A DNA stretch of 64,000 nt from an uncultured Collinsella sp. (GTDB taxonomy: Bacteria; Actinomycetota; Coriobacteriia; Coriobacteriales; Coriobacteriaceae): the NCBI GenBank assembly GCA_900757385.1, contig CAAENO010000218.1, positions 5,226 through 69,225 on the forward strand, read 5' to 3'. The notes under the pieces were generated by a model, which made no database searches, had not been told where the DNA came from, and was given only the letters and a program-made list of their open reading frames with translations. Below, piece by piece: positions 26,844-35,792 of the stretch. The translations under genes and the position numbers were made by a program. Every line of letters begins with the position of its first letter. Positions within the stretch are counted from its first letter, which is position 1.

Positions 26844-27977
26844 TTACAGGTAGGCGCCCAGGTTGATGTCGGTTATTGGGGCCGCGGATGGGCCCGTCGG
26901 GTGCTGCTCGGCCTTTTGGGTGCTCATACGTTCGAGCAAGAAGGGGCGCACGAGCTCCTGACGGTTAATGTCCTCGGTGGCCGTGACCGTGGTGACGGTA
27001 CGCGCGGCGGAGCCGATGCGGACTCGTTTGGTCTTGGCGGTAGGTTTATCCTCGATTTGTTCCATGAGCAGCTGCACGCCCTTGCGGCCGATCTCGTAGC
27101 CCGGTGGTGCTACCGTGGTGAGGGGGACCGATCCGCTCCAGGCAAGCGGGTTGCCATCGCAGCCGGCAACAAGAATCTGGCCGGGGACGGAAATGCCCTT
27201 GTCGACCAGCGCCGAGATAACGCCCGAGGCCAATACGTCGGTCAGGCCGATGACAAAATCGGGGCGCTCGTCAGCAGGGCGCTCGGCAATCTGGGCGCCG
27301 ATGCTGTAGCCGTCGGCAGCGGTATTCCATTCGCCGGCGTCGATGACTTCGATCTTGATATCGGGGTGCAGGGCAAGGGCCTTGTGGATGCCAAGTACGC
27401 GCAGGGTGAGCTGCATAAATGCCGCTCTGCCCACAACGGTGATATGGCGTGCGCCACGGGCAACGGCGAGCTCGGCGATAATGCGCCCCTGCGCCTCGTT
27501 GTCGGCGGCCACGTAGTAACCGGGTTCGGAACAGTGGATGTCCAGATGGACGATCGGCACGGGCATCTTGGTCATAGCGGGGTGCCAGTCGGGGGACGCC
27601 ATGGGCTGAACCATGACGCCGGACATCTGCGTGCCCATAAAGTAGCGCAGGTAATGGTCCTGGAGAATGCCGTCGTTATCGGCGTTGGCGATGAGCAGGT
27701 CGTAACCGTGCTTGCGGGCCTCGTTATGGGCGCCGCTGGCAATTTGGAGCGAGAAGCCGTGATCGAGACGGGGGAGGACCAGGCCAAAGGACTTGGTGGT
27801 GCCGCCTGCGAGCTGACGGGCACTTTGGTTGGGCAGGTAGCCAAGGCGATTGATGGTCTCGTTGATGAGCTTGAGGGTCTCGGGGCGCAGCTTTTCGGGA
27901 TGGTTGAGCGCGTTGGAAACCGTGCCCAACGAAACCCCGGCCTCGCGCGCGACGTCGCTGATTTTTACCTTTGCCAT
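26844..27977 (-). CDS. LacI-family regulator
   Basis: KISDVAREAGVSLGTVSNALN, LGYLPN, VAADN, PLTTV. Confidence 0.92.
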   Translation of the reverse strand: MAKVKISDVAREAGVSLGTVSNALNHPEKLRPETLKLINETINRLGYLPNQSARQLAGGTTKSFGLVLPRLDHGFSLQIASGAHNEARKHGYDLLIANADNDGILQDHYLRYFMGTQMSGVMVQPMASPDWHPAMTKMPVPIVHLDIHCSEPGYYVAADNEAQGRIIAELAVARGARHITVVGRAAFMQLTLRVLGIHKALALHPDIKIEVIDAGEWNTAADGYSIGAQIAERPADERPDFVIGLTDVLASGVISALVDKGISVPGQILVAGCDGNPLAWSGSVPLTTVAPPGYEIGRKGVQLLMEQIEDKPTAKTKRVRIGSAARTVTTVTATEDINRQELVRPFLLERMSTQKAEQHPTGPSAAPITDINLGAYL

Positions 27978-28043
27978 AGCGGCCCCTTTGATGCGTTTCA
28001 AGTACAAGCCAGATTGTAGCATCGCCCGCCCCTAGGGTGTCAA

Positions 28044-28089
28044 AACCTGCCAATTAGGGGCAGGTTTATTTTGGTAGGTTTTATCTGGG
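28044..28089 (-). repeat. 46-bp REP-like repeat, copy 4 (mirror 46644-46689)
   Basis: Minus strand CCCAGATAAAACCTACCAAAATAAACCTGCCCCTAATTGGCAGGTT. Confidence 0.85.
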
Positions 28090-28100
28090 CAAACGCTGGA

Positions 28101-28147
28101 GCCCAAACCACCACAAAGGTGCCTGTCCCCATCGTGGTGGTTTGGGC
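28101..28147. repeat. 14-bp-stem hairpin enclosing CCTGTCCCC
   Basis: GCCCAAACCACCAC-AAAGGTGCCTGTCCCCATC-GTGGTGGTTTGGGC. Confidence 0.75.
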
Positions 28148-28160
28148 ATGTGTGCATCGA

Positions 28161-28200
28161 GTGGTATCTAAGTTGAGATACCACATCTGGTATATCAGCT
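28161..28200. promoter_or_regulatory. Candidate GntR/FadR-type operator region upstream of glmS
   Basis: GTGGTATCT-N6-AGATACCAC and CTGGTATATCAG, followed by a TACAAT -10-like box at 28215. Confidence 0.5.
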
Positions 28201-28294
28201 TGCGCCTGCGTGAGTACAATACTCGAACGTTATGCGTCTCAGCGCCCCTTGTGCGTGGACGTCTTGCAGTCACGCGAACGAAGGGATTTATCTT

Positions 28295-30142
28295 ATGTGC
28301 GGAATCGTCGGCTACACCGGCTCTGATATTGCAAAGAACATCCTGGTCACGGGCCTCAAGCGTATGGAGTATCGCGGCTATGACTCCTCGGGCGTCGCGC
28401 TCGAGGTGGGCGAGGGCGCCGCGGCGCACCTCGACGTCATCCGCCGCGTGGGCAAGGTCGCGGGCCTAGAGAGCGAGCTTTCCAACATCGACAGCGACGC
28501 TACCTGCGGTATCGGCCACACCCGTTGGGCCACCCACGGCAAGCCCTCCGTCGTTAACGCTCACCCCCACACCAGCTGCGACGGTCGTATCGCCATCGTC
28601 CACAACGGCATCATCGAGAACTTCGCCGAGCTGCGCGAAGAGCTGGAGGGCCGCGGCCATCACTTTAAGAGCGAGACCGATACCGAGGTCTTCGCGCATC
28701 TGATCGAAGAGGCTTATGTCGAGACGCACGACCTGATGGCCTCCGTGCGCGAGGCTTGCACCCACGTGGTCGGTGCCTATGGTCTGGCCGCCGTGTGCGC
28801 TGACGAGCCCGGCGTGATCGCCGTGGCCCGCAAGGATTCCCCGATCGTAGTCGGCGTGGGCGAAACCGGTTCCTATGTTGCTTCCGACGTGATCGCGCTC
28901 ATCGACGCCACCCGCGATGTCGTGGTGCTCGAGGACGGTCAGTTTGCCAAGCTTACGCCCGCAGGCGTCGAGTACACCGACGAGGCCGGCAACGTTATCG
29001 AGCCCAAGGTCACCCACATCGACTGGGACCTGGACATGGCAGAAAAGGGCGGTTATCCCGACTTTATGCTCAAGGAAATCCACGAGCAGCCTCGCGTTGT
29101 GCGCGATACCCTGGTGGGCCGCATGACCCCCGCCGGCGAGCTCGATATCGACGAGCTGGGCCTTTCGCTCGAGGAGCTCAACGACATCGACCGTGTCTAC
29201 GTGATCGCTTGCGGCACCAGCTACCACGCCGGACTCATTGCCAAGAATCTCATTGAGGGCTGGGCTCGCATCCCCACCGAGGTGGAGGCGGCCAGCGAGT
29301 TCCGCTATCGCAATCCCATCATCACGCCGACGACGCTTGTCGTTGCCGTGTCCCAGTCGGGCGAGACGGCCGACACCCTTGCCGCCATTCGCGACGCGCG
29401 CATCAAGGGTGCCAAGGTCTTCGGCATCACCAACGTGGTTGGTAGCCCCGTGGCGCGTGAGAGCGACGGCGTCATCTACACTAAGGCCAACAAGGAGATC
29501 GCGGTCGCCTCGACCAAGAGCTTCATCGGCCAGGTCGTGAGCCTTACGCTGCTGGCTTTGCTGTTGGCGCAGGTTAAGTACCGTCTGACCACCAAACAGG
29601 CGCGCATGCTGTTCCGCGAGCTTTCCGATACGGCCGAGCAGATCCAGTGGATTTTGGATACCCAGACCGAGGCCGTTCATGAGGCCGCCCTGCTGTGCAA
29701 GGACGCGCAGTCCGCGCTGTTCGTGGGTCGCGGCATGGGTGCCGCTATTTCCTACGAGGGCGCGCTCAAGCTCAAAGAGGTCAGCTACCTGCACGCCGAG
29801 GCCTACGCCGCCGGCGAGATGAAGCACGGTCCCATCGCACTGATCGATCCGGGCTTCCCTGTCATCGCCGTGGCCACCAAGAGCGCCACCTACGACAAGA
29901 CCGTGTCGAACCTTATGGAGTGCAAGGCGCGCGGCGCCAAGGTCATCGTCGTTGCCACTGAGGGCGACGAGGAGATCAACAAGATCGCCGACTGCATCAT
30001 CCGCGTGCCGGCAGTCCGCGACGTGTTCAGCCCCATCACGGCGAGCGTCCCGCTGCAGTTGCTCGCCCGCGAGGTGGCCATCCTGCGCGGTTGCGACGTT
30101 GACCAACCTCGCAACCTGGCGAAAAGCGTCACGGTCGAATAA
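28295..30142 (+). CDS. glmS: Glutamine--fructose-6-phosphate aminotransferase (isomerizing)
   Basis: MCGIVG N-terminus, EYRGYDS, GHTRWATHG, HNGIIEN, SQSGETADT, DQPRNLAKSVTVE. Confidence 0.99.
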   Translation: MCGIVGYTGSDIAKNILVTGLKRMEYRGYDSSGVALEVGEGAAAHLDVIRRVGKVAGLESELSNIDSDATCGIGHTRWATHGKPSVVNAHPHTSCDGRIAIVHNGIIENFAELREELEGRGHHFKSETDTEVFAHLIEEAYVETHDLMASVREACTHVVGAYGLAAVCADEPGVIAVARKDSPIVVGVGETGSYVASDVIALIDATRDVVVLEDGQFAKLTPAGVEYTDEAGNVIEPKVTHIDWDLDMAEKGGYPDFMLKEIHEQPRVVRDTLVGRMTPAGELDIDELGLSLEELNDIDRVYVIACGTSYHAGLIAKNLIEGWARIPTEVEAASEFRYRNPIITPTTLVVAVSQSGETADTLAAIRDARIKGAKVFGITNVVGSPVARESDGVIYTKANKEIAVASTKSFIGQVVSLTLLALLLAQVKYRLTTKQARMLFRELSDTAEQIQWILDTQTEAVHEAALLCKDAQSALFVGRGMGAAISYEGALKLKEVSYLHAEAYAAGEMKHGPIALIDPGFPVIAVATKSATYDKTVSNLMECKARGAKVIVVATEGDEEINKIADCIIRVPAVRDVFSPITASVPLQLLAREVAILRGCDVDQPRNLAKSVTVE

Positions 30143-30211
30143 TTGTTGTTCCGCCGTTCTAGTGACCGAGGCCCGGCTCCGTTGCAGCGAAGCCGGGCCT
30201 TGTTGCATTTG

Positions 30212-30257
30212 CCCAGATAAAACCTGCCAAAATAAACCTGTCCCTTTTTGGCAGGTT
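30212..30257 (+). repeat. 46-bp REP-like repeat, copy 5 (mirror 44476-44521)
   Basis: CCCAGATAAAACCTGCCAAAATAAACCTGTCCCTTTTTGGCAGGTT; abuts the GntR stop codon. Confidence 0.85.
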
Positions 30258-30957
30258 AGCGGAGCTTACTGGTCTCGAAGTACTCGGGGAACTGGTCCAG
30301 AACCTCGGTTTGGTTGCGGAACATCATGTGCAGGTGCTTGCTGACCAAAAAGCTCGCTTCGATGGGGTCGCGACCGGCGATAGCGCGGCGAATCTGCTTG
30401 TGCTCGTTCACGATGTCCTGATTGTCGAGAACCTGCGTGGCGGCGCGCAGCCAGCGGAAGCGCTCCAGGTCGGCATTGGTCTCTTCGAGCCACGACCAAA
30501 CGGTGCTGCGACATGCGATGCTAAAAATCATGTGATGCATGAGGTTGTCGCTCAAAAAGAAGCCGATGCGATCCTCTTCGGCCATGGCCTTTTCCTGCAG
30601 TGCGATGGCTCGGTCGAGCTGCTCGATGCCTGCCGAGGTGGCACGGGCGCAGCACTCCACAATCACCTGCTTTTCCAAGTGCTCGCGAATGTAGCAGGCG
30701 CTCTCGGCAAGAGTGAGGTTGATGGGCGAGACATAGGTGCCGCTTTGGGGCACGGTACGCACCAGGCCCTCTTGCGCCAGACGCACCAGCGCCTCGCGCA
30801 CAGGGGTTCGCCCCATATCAAGGTCATCGCAAAGCTGCTTTACGCCCAGCTTTTCGCCCGGCTTGTAGTCCAGGTAGACGATTTTGCGTCGAATGGTGTG
30901 GTAGGACTGGTCCTGTAGGCTCGTTTCCTGCTCGCCGACGTGCATCGATTCTTCCAT
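30256..30957 (-). CDS. GntR-family regulator with FCD domain
   Basis: PGEKL, MGRTPVREALVRLAQEGLV...PQSGTYV, EHKQI..AI; start uncertain (30945-30981). Confidence 0.92.
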   Translation of the reverse strand: MEESMHVGEQETSLQDQSYHTIRRKIVYLDYKPGEKLGVKQLCDDLDMGRTPVREALVRLAQEGLVRTVPQSGTYVSPINLTLAESACYIREHLEKQVIVECCARATSAGIEQLDRAIALQEKAMAEEDRIGFFLSDNLMHHMIFSIACRSTVWSWLEETNADLERFRWLRAATQVLDNQDIVNEHKQIRRAIAGRDPIEASFLVSKHLHMMFRNQTEVLDQFPEYFETSKLR

Positions 30958-30982
30958 AGTGCCTCGCAACCGTTCTATCACA

Positions 30983-30996
30983 CTGATATGTCAGCT
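30983..30996. promoter_or_regulatory. Candidate GntR autoregulatory operator
   Basis: CTGATATGTCAGCT, similar to CTGGTATATCAGCT upstream of glmS. Confidence 0.5.
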
Positions 30997-31150
30997 GTTA
31001 ATTATGACGCGAATCAGCTCTCCACGGTGGGTAATTCGACTGTTGCCCGAGAACTATTGCGGCATCTTGGTCTGTGTTTGCGCAAGGCTGCGCTCAATGT
31101 TGCCGTATCATAAGCCGTCGCAAACGTGAAATAGAAAGAAGGAATCCCAT

Positions 31151-32185
31151 ATGCAACTGGCAAATATCGTACGCGAGCGCTGGAAAGGCGTCTTGTTCTG
31201 CCTGATCATCGCCATTCCCGCGACGTTGCTCGGCAAACAGGTTGAGGTGGTCGGCGGGCCGGTGTTTGCCATCCTCTTTGGCATGGTCCTGGCGCTCGTC
31301 TTTCCCAAGAATCGTCGCGAACAGCTCGCCGCCGGCGTTACCTATACGTCCAAAAAAGTCTTGCAGTACGCGGTTATCCTGCTTGGCTTTGGCATGAACC
31401 TCTCCCAGATTCTGTCCAAGGGCGCCCAGTCGCTGCCGATTATCGTGGCGACAATCTCGACCTCGCTTGTCATCGCCTTTGTGCTCTGCCGCGTTATGAA
31501 CGTGCCGGGTAAGATCGCGACGCTTGTGGGTGTGGGTTCGTCGATTTGCGGCGGTTCTGCCATCGCCGCGACCGCACCCGTCATCGATGCCGACGATCGC
31601 GAGATTGCCCAGGCCATTTCGGTCATCTTCCTGTTTAACGTTATCGCGGCGCTCGTGTTTCCAACGCTCGGCGGCATGCTCGGGCTGACCAACGAGGGCT
31701 TTGGCCTGTTTGCCGGCACCGCCATCAACGATACCTCGTCCGTAACGGCTGCGGCGAGCGCCTGGGACAGCATGCATCCCGGCGCCAATGTGCTCGAGAG
31801 CGCCACGGTGGTCAAGCTCACCAGGACGCTGGCCATCATTCCCATCACGCTGGCGCTTGCTTGCTGGCAGATGCATCTGGCGCGCAAGGCCGGCGGCGAC
31901 GCCAAAAGCACGTTCTCGCTTAAACGCGCGTTTCCCATGTTTGTGCTGTTCTTTGTGCTGGCGAGCGTAATCACCACGGTGCTTCAGCTTCCCGCGTCCA
32001 TTACGGCGCCCATCAAGGAGCTTTCGAAGTTCTTTATCGTGATGGCCATGGCGGCTATTGGCTTTAATACCGATATCGTCGAGCTGGTCAAAAAGGGCGG
32101 TAAGCCCATCGCATTGGGCTTTTGCTGCTGGATTGGCATTGCGTGCATGAGTTTGGGAATGCAGCACGTGCTGGGAATCTGGTAG
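31151..32185 (+). CDS. YeiH / putative sulfate exporter (PSE) family membrane protein
   Basis: KKVLQYAVILLGFG, GSSICGGSAIAA, GTAINDTSSV, VVKLTR; many TM segments. Confidence 0.9.
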   Translation: MQLANIVRERWKGVLFCLIIAIPATLLGKQVEVVGGPVFAILFGMVLALVFPKNRREQLAAGVTYTSKKVLQYAVILLGFGMNLSQILSKGAQSLPIIVATISTSLVIAFVLCRVMNVPGKIATLVGVGSSICGGSAIAATAPVIDADDREIAQAISVIFLFNVIAALVFPTLGGMLGLTNEGFGLFAGTAINDTSSVTAAASAWDSMHPGANVLESATVVKLTRTLAIIPITLALACWQMHLARKAGGDAKSTFSLKRAFPMFVLFFVLASVITTVLQLPASITAPIKELSKFFIVMAMAAIGFNTDIVELVKKGGKPIALGFCCWIGIACMSLGMQHVLGIW

Positions 32186-32450
32186 AGAAGTAGCTTATTT
32201 GCGTGCTGCATGCTGGTGAGCGCATGCCTGCGGTGGAGCGATAGGAGCTCTTGCGGGTATGGCTTGTCCGCAGGTTTATAGGTCCCGAAGAGCTCTTATC
32301 GCCCCGCCAGGATGGCGATGCGGGGCAACTCATATACTCGCAGGACGGCGGCCTCTGCCCTATAGTGTTTGGTGAGCAATATCGTTCAATTTTGAAACAC
32401 TCGCCCGCGCGGCCGTCGGTGGCGGCGTGGCGTCGAGGACGGGACGCAAT

Positions 32451-33668
32451 ATGAACAGTGACGCCAAGCTACAAATCTTGATCGAGGCCTTGGCTGCTGC
32501 CGGGGCCTCGGCGTTGGCAATCGATGGGCATGGACACGTGGCGATTTCGACCATGGATGATGTCGCGCTCGAGCAAGATGTCGCGGCATTTGTCGCCGAG
32601 CGCCTGGGGCGCGTGGGCAACGGCACGCGCCTGGTGATGGGGCATGCGGGAGGGCGCTTGAGCCTCACGGTGCGTCCGGTCGCCAAGGAAGACGGCGCGC
32701 TTTGGGTGGTCGTGATCCGCGAGGTGCGCGGTGTGGCGGCACACGCGGGCATTGAGTGGCTTAACGCAGATGAGGTCGAGGCGCGCTACGAGGCAAGCGC
32801 GTACGGCATTGTCGAGGGTGCCGCTGCGGTCTCTGGCCCCGTCTGCGAAAGCTATGCCCGCGGCGTGCCCCTCATGTTGGAGGGCGAGCTGGGTGCCGGC
32901 CAGGCAGAGATTGCAAAACGCCTCTATCTGGATGGGCCTTATGCTGACGAACCCTTTGTGTCCGTGGCACTTGACGAGCTCACAGATCGCGGCTGGCGCC
33001 ATCTGCTCAAAAGCTCGGAATCGCCGCTGTTCCAGGCAGGGCTGACCCTTTGTATTGGCGGCTGGCATGCACTTTCGCCGCAGCGTCTGCGCGAGCTTGT
33101 CTCTACGATGACCGACACGGCGCTGGCCGCGCGTTGCCATGTGGTTCTGACGGCAAACGATATGCCGGGCGGTGGCGAAAGCGAACAGGCCGCTTTTGTA
33201 ACCGAGCGCTTGGCGTGCGCAGTGAGTGTGGCGCCTGCGATTGCCGAGCAGGGTGGCGCATCGAAAAAGGTCGCGCAGTATTTGTCGTATCTGTCAGATG
33301 TCTTTGGAACTGCCGCTCCGAGTATGTCTGAGGAGGCTGCCTCGACACTCAACGGCTATCGCTGGCCACGTAACTATCTGCAGCTTCGCGAGGTCTCGGA
33401 ACGACTCTATATATTAGTAGGGCCGGGTGTGGCGGAGCGCACGGTGGCGGAGGAGGTGCTCGCCCAGGAAGACGTCATCAAAACCGCAACCTTTGGCACT
33501 CCGACGCTCGACAGCGACCTGTATATCCTGCGTCCACTGACCGATACCGAACGCGACATCGCGCGGCTGGTCGTAGGCTACCTTCAGGGCAACCGGACCC
33601 GCGCTGCCGAGGTGCTGGGAATAAGCCGCACGACCCTGTGGCGCTTGCTGAAGGACGACGACCGCTGA
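32451..33668 (+). CDS. Fis-HTH regulator with degenerate sigma54-activator-like AAA domain
   Basis: GELGAGQ (decayed Walker A), YRWPRNYLQL (cf. WPGNVREL), GNRTRAAEVLGISRTTLWRLLK. Confidence 0.8.
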   Translation: MNSDAKLQILIEALAAAGASALAIDGHGHVAISTMDDVALEQDVAAFVAERLGRVGNGTRLVMGHAGGRLSLTVRPVAKEDGALWVVVIREVRGVAAHAGIEWLNADEVEARYEASAYGIVEGAAAVSGPVCESYARGVPLMLEGELGAGQAEIAKRLYLDGPYADEPFVSVALDELTDRGWRHLLKSSESPLFQAGLTLCIGGWHALSPQRLRELVSTMTDTALAARCHVVLTANDMPGGGESEQAAFVTERLACAVSVAPAIAEQGGASKKVAQYLSYLSDVFGTAAPSMSEEAASTLNGYRWPRNYLQLREVSERLYILVGPGVAERTVAEEVLAQEDVIKTATFGTPTLDSDLYILRPLTDTERDIARLVVGYLQGNRTRAAEVLGISRTTLWRLLKDDDR

Positions 33669-33752
33669 GCGAGGCGCTCGTGACCGCATGCAGCGCGTGT
33701 GCTACAGTCCAAAGCGGTAATGTTTCGATTGCGTTACGGCGTGCGGGGGTGT

Positions 33753-34328
33753 ATGACGGAGACTTCAAAACCAAATCGGGCTCGAAAGCCCACGGCGCCG
33801 ATCAACCGCCGCACGACTTCGCGGACGTGGGGCAAAAGCGCCTCAGGCTTCGATGGCTCGTTCAAACGCACTAGATATGGCTATCCTTCGGCAAGCGCTC
33901 GCTTGGCCATGCAGGCCGAATCGTCGCTGTGGGGCCGTAAGCGTGTGGTGGGGTCAAAGCTCAAGCACGACGGAACGCTCGGCTACATTAGCCGTGGCGC
34001 TGCTCGCCGTAGCGGCCTCAATCCCGCAGGCTGGCATCGTTATGTGCCGATCGTGGTCATTGCCGCGATAATCGCCATCGCGCTCGCGGCACTTGGTTAC
34101 GCCGGCGGCGGGGCCGACCTGAGTGCGATGTTCGGGTCTGCTGAGCTCGCGCATGCCGGCACGGAGCTTGTCGAGGGCGCTCAGGCCCAGACGGGCGTGG
34201 CGCCTCAGCGCGGCGTTGTTGCCGCTGCCGCAACGATCGCCGATGCCCAAAAGGGCGAGGATGAACAAGGCAGCGAAGCCGAAGCGACCCAGACGAACGA
34301 AATGACGACAACCCCATCGGCAAGATAA
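33753..34328 (+). CDS. Hypothetical membrane-anchored protein
   Basis: Basic N-terminus, one TM helix (VPIVVIAAIIAIALAALG), low-complexity C-terminus; start uncertain. Confidence 0.6.
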   Translation: MTETSKPNRARKPTAPINRRTTSRTWGKSASGFDGSFKRTRYGYPSASARLAMQAESSLWGRKRVVGSKLKHDGTLGYISRGAARRSGLNPAGWHRYVPIVVIAAIIAIALAALGYAGGGADLSAMFGSAELAHAGTELVEGAQAQTGVAPQRGVVAAAATIADAQKGEDEQGSEAEATQTNEMTTTPSAR

Positions 34329-34566
34329 GTTGCGAGTGGGGTGGCTAATTTGGGACGGGCTTTTTAGCTGCCCAAGTGTCGAATGCCAACAACGGTTCAT
34401 TCGATGTCAGTCGCCAACAGCGAGCGGGCCGCATTTGTGCCAAGGTGACGTGAAATGAGAGGGCGCTGACCTTTTGGTCGCGCCCTCGAAATTGAACGTC
34501 AGATTGGCGTGAATGCGGCTCGCGCAGCGTCAGCGGGGCCGCCGTTCGTTAGAACGGCGGAACTAA

Positions 34567-35088
34567 TTACCTGACGTGCACGACGTTGTCGCGGCGGGGT
34601 TTGGCCTGGGGAAGCACGTCTTCGGCATAGCCCAGAATACAGTTGCCCACACCGCGCAGGCTTCCGTCGGCGGGCAGACCCCACTTGGCCAGCAGTTCCA
34701 ATCCCTCGGGTGAGTCAAAGACCTCGTGCGCGCGGTGGATCCAACACGAATCGACGCCCAGCGCATAGGCTGCGTTGAGCAGGTTGCCCATGGCGAGTGA
34801 GCCGTCTTCCAGGTGCGTGGGCACGCTGCGGTCGACGAGTACCACCACAACGGTCTTGGCGCCGTAGAAGGGATCTCCCTCGCTACCCATAGCCTGGGCG
34901 TTGAGCTGCGAGAGGCGCTCGACGGTTGCGGGGTCGGTGACGGCGACGAACGTGACCGGCTGGCGTCCCATGCCGCTCGGCGCATACTGACCGGCTTCGA
35001 TAATGCGTGCGAGCTTCTCGGCCTCGACAGGGCGATCGCTGTATTTGCGGCAGCTGCGGCGATGGATGAGCGCCTCGATGGTCCCCAT
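34567..35088 (-). CDS. Nitroreductase family protein
   Basis: RRSCRKY, APSGMGRQP, NAAYALGVDSCWI, ILGY; AGGAGG RBS. Confidence 0.92.
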   Translation of the reverse strand: MGTIEALIHRRSCRKYSDRPVEAEKLARIIEAGQYAPSGMGRQPVTFVAVTDPATVERLSQLNAQAMGSEGDPFYGAKTVVVVLVDRSVPTHLEDGSLAMGNLLNAAYALGVDSCWIHRAHEVFDSPEGLELLAKWGLPADGSLRGVGNCILGYAEDVLPQAKPRRDNVVHVR

Positions 35089-35378
35089 GTGTCCTCCTGA
35101 CGTTGGTTGCGATGCCTCGTTCTTACCCGCCGAACCAAAACCGTAATCGCGCCGTCGGCCCCAAAAAATGCAAGCGACCGAGTGGAAAAGTTGGTTTGCA
35201 TAAAACTTCAGCCAGAATGTGACAAACCGGTGGGATGATTAAACGTTTTATCCCGTCTACCCTGCGGTTTTTACCATTTGCCTAAATGATGCGCGCATAA
35301 GCCCTGATAAAGGTTTTACTAAAGGAGTACCAACGTTTATCAACGCGCCATGGTGGCGCCGGGCCAGGAGGTAACATC

Positions 35379-35669
35379 ATGTTCCAGGCTGGAGATGTCG
35401 TCGAGACCGACTTCGAAGGATTTCTGAAGCTGTTGCGTTCCAAGACGCGCGCTTTCGTGTCGATCAACGATCACGAGTACTACATTACGCACACCGATGG
35501 CTATTGGCGTGTTCAGGATTGCGAGGCCCTCAACGATAAGGGCCACTTTACTGACTGCTCCGAGCTGGTCAACACGGTCTGCGAGGTCGTCGAGCTGCCT
35601 TGGATCTGCGGCAAGAGCCTGCACGACAGCTTCTCGGGCGCCACGGTCTACGAGGCCGTCGCTGCTTAA
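35379..35669 (+). CDS. Small hypothetical protein (96 aa)
   Basis: AGGAGG RBS, host-like codon use, followed by a terminator. Confidence 0.8.
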   Translation: MFQAGDVVETDFEGFLKLLRSKTRAFVSINDHEYYITHTDGYWRVQDCEALNDKGHFTDCSELVNTVCEVVELPWICGKSLHDSFSGATVYEAVAA

Positions 35670-35694
35670 CAGCCAACAATCGATATTCTCTCGC

Positions 35695-35730
35695 AACCGC
35701 CGGCGCCGCCCCGCGCCGGCGGTTTTTCTT
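35695..35730 (+). terminator. Intrinsic terminator
   Basis: AACCGCCGGCGC-CGCCCC-GCGCCGGCGGTTTTTCTT. Confidence 0.8.
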
Positions 35731-35792
35731 GTCGATATGTTGTATAGGTCACACGTCTTGCACGGCGCCCTTGACGATAGTCAAAACTCGGA

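Noticed and set aside
28090..28294. glmS ribozyme
   Set aside because: The leader is short and occupied by repeats and operator-like boxes, and I could not recognise the ribozyme core. An Infernal search would be decisive.
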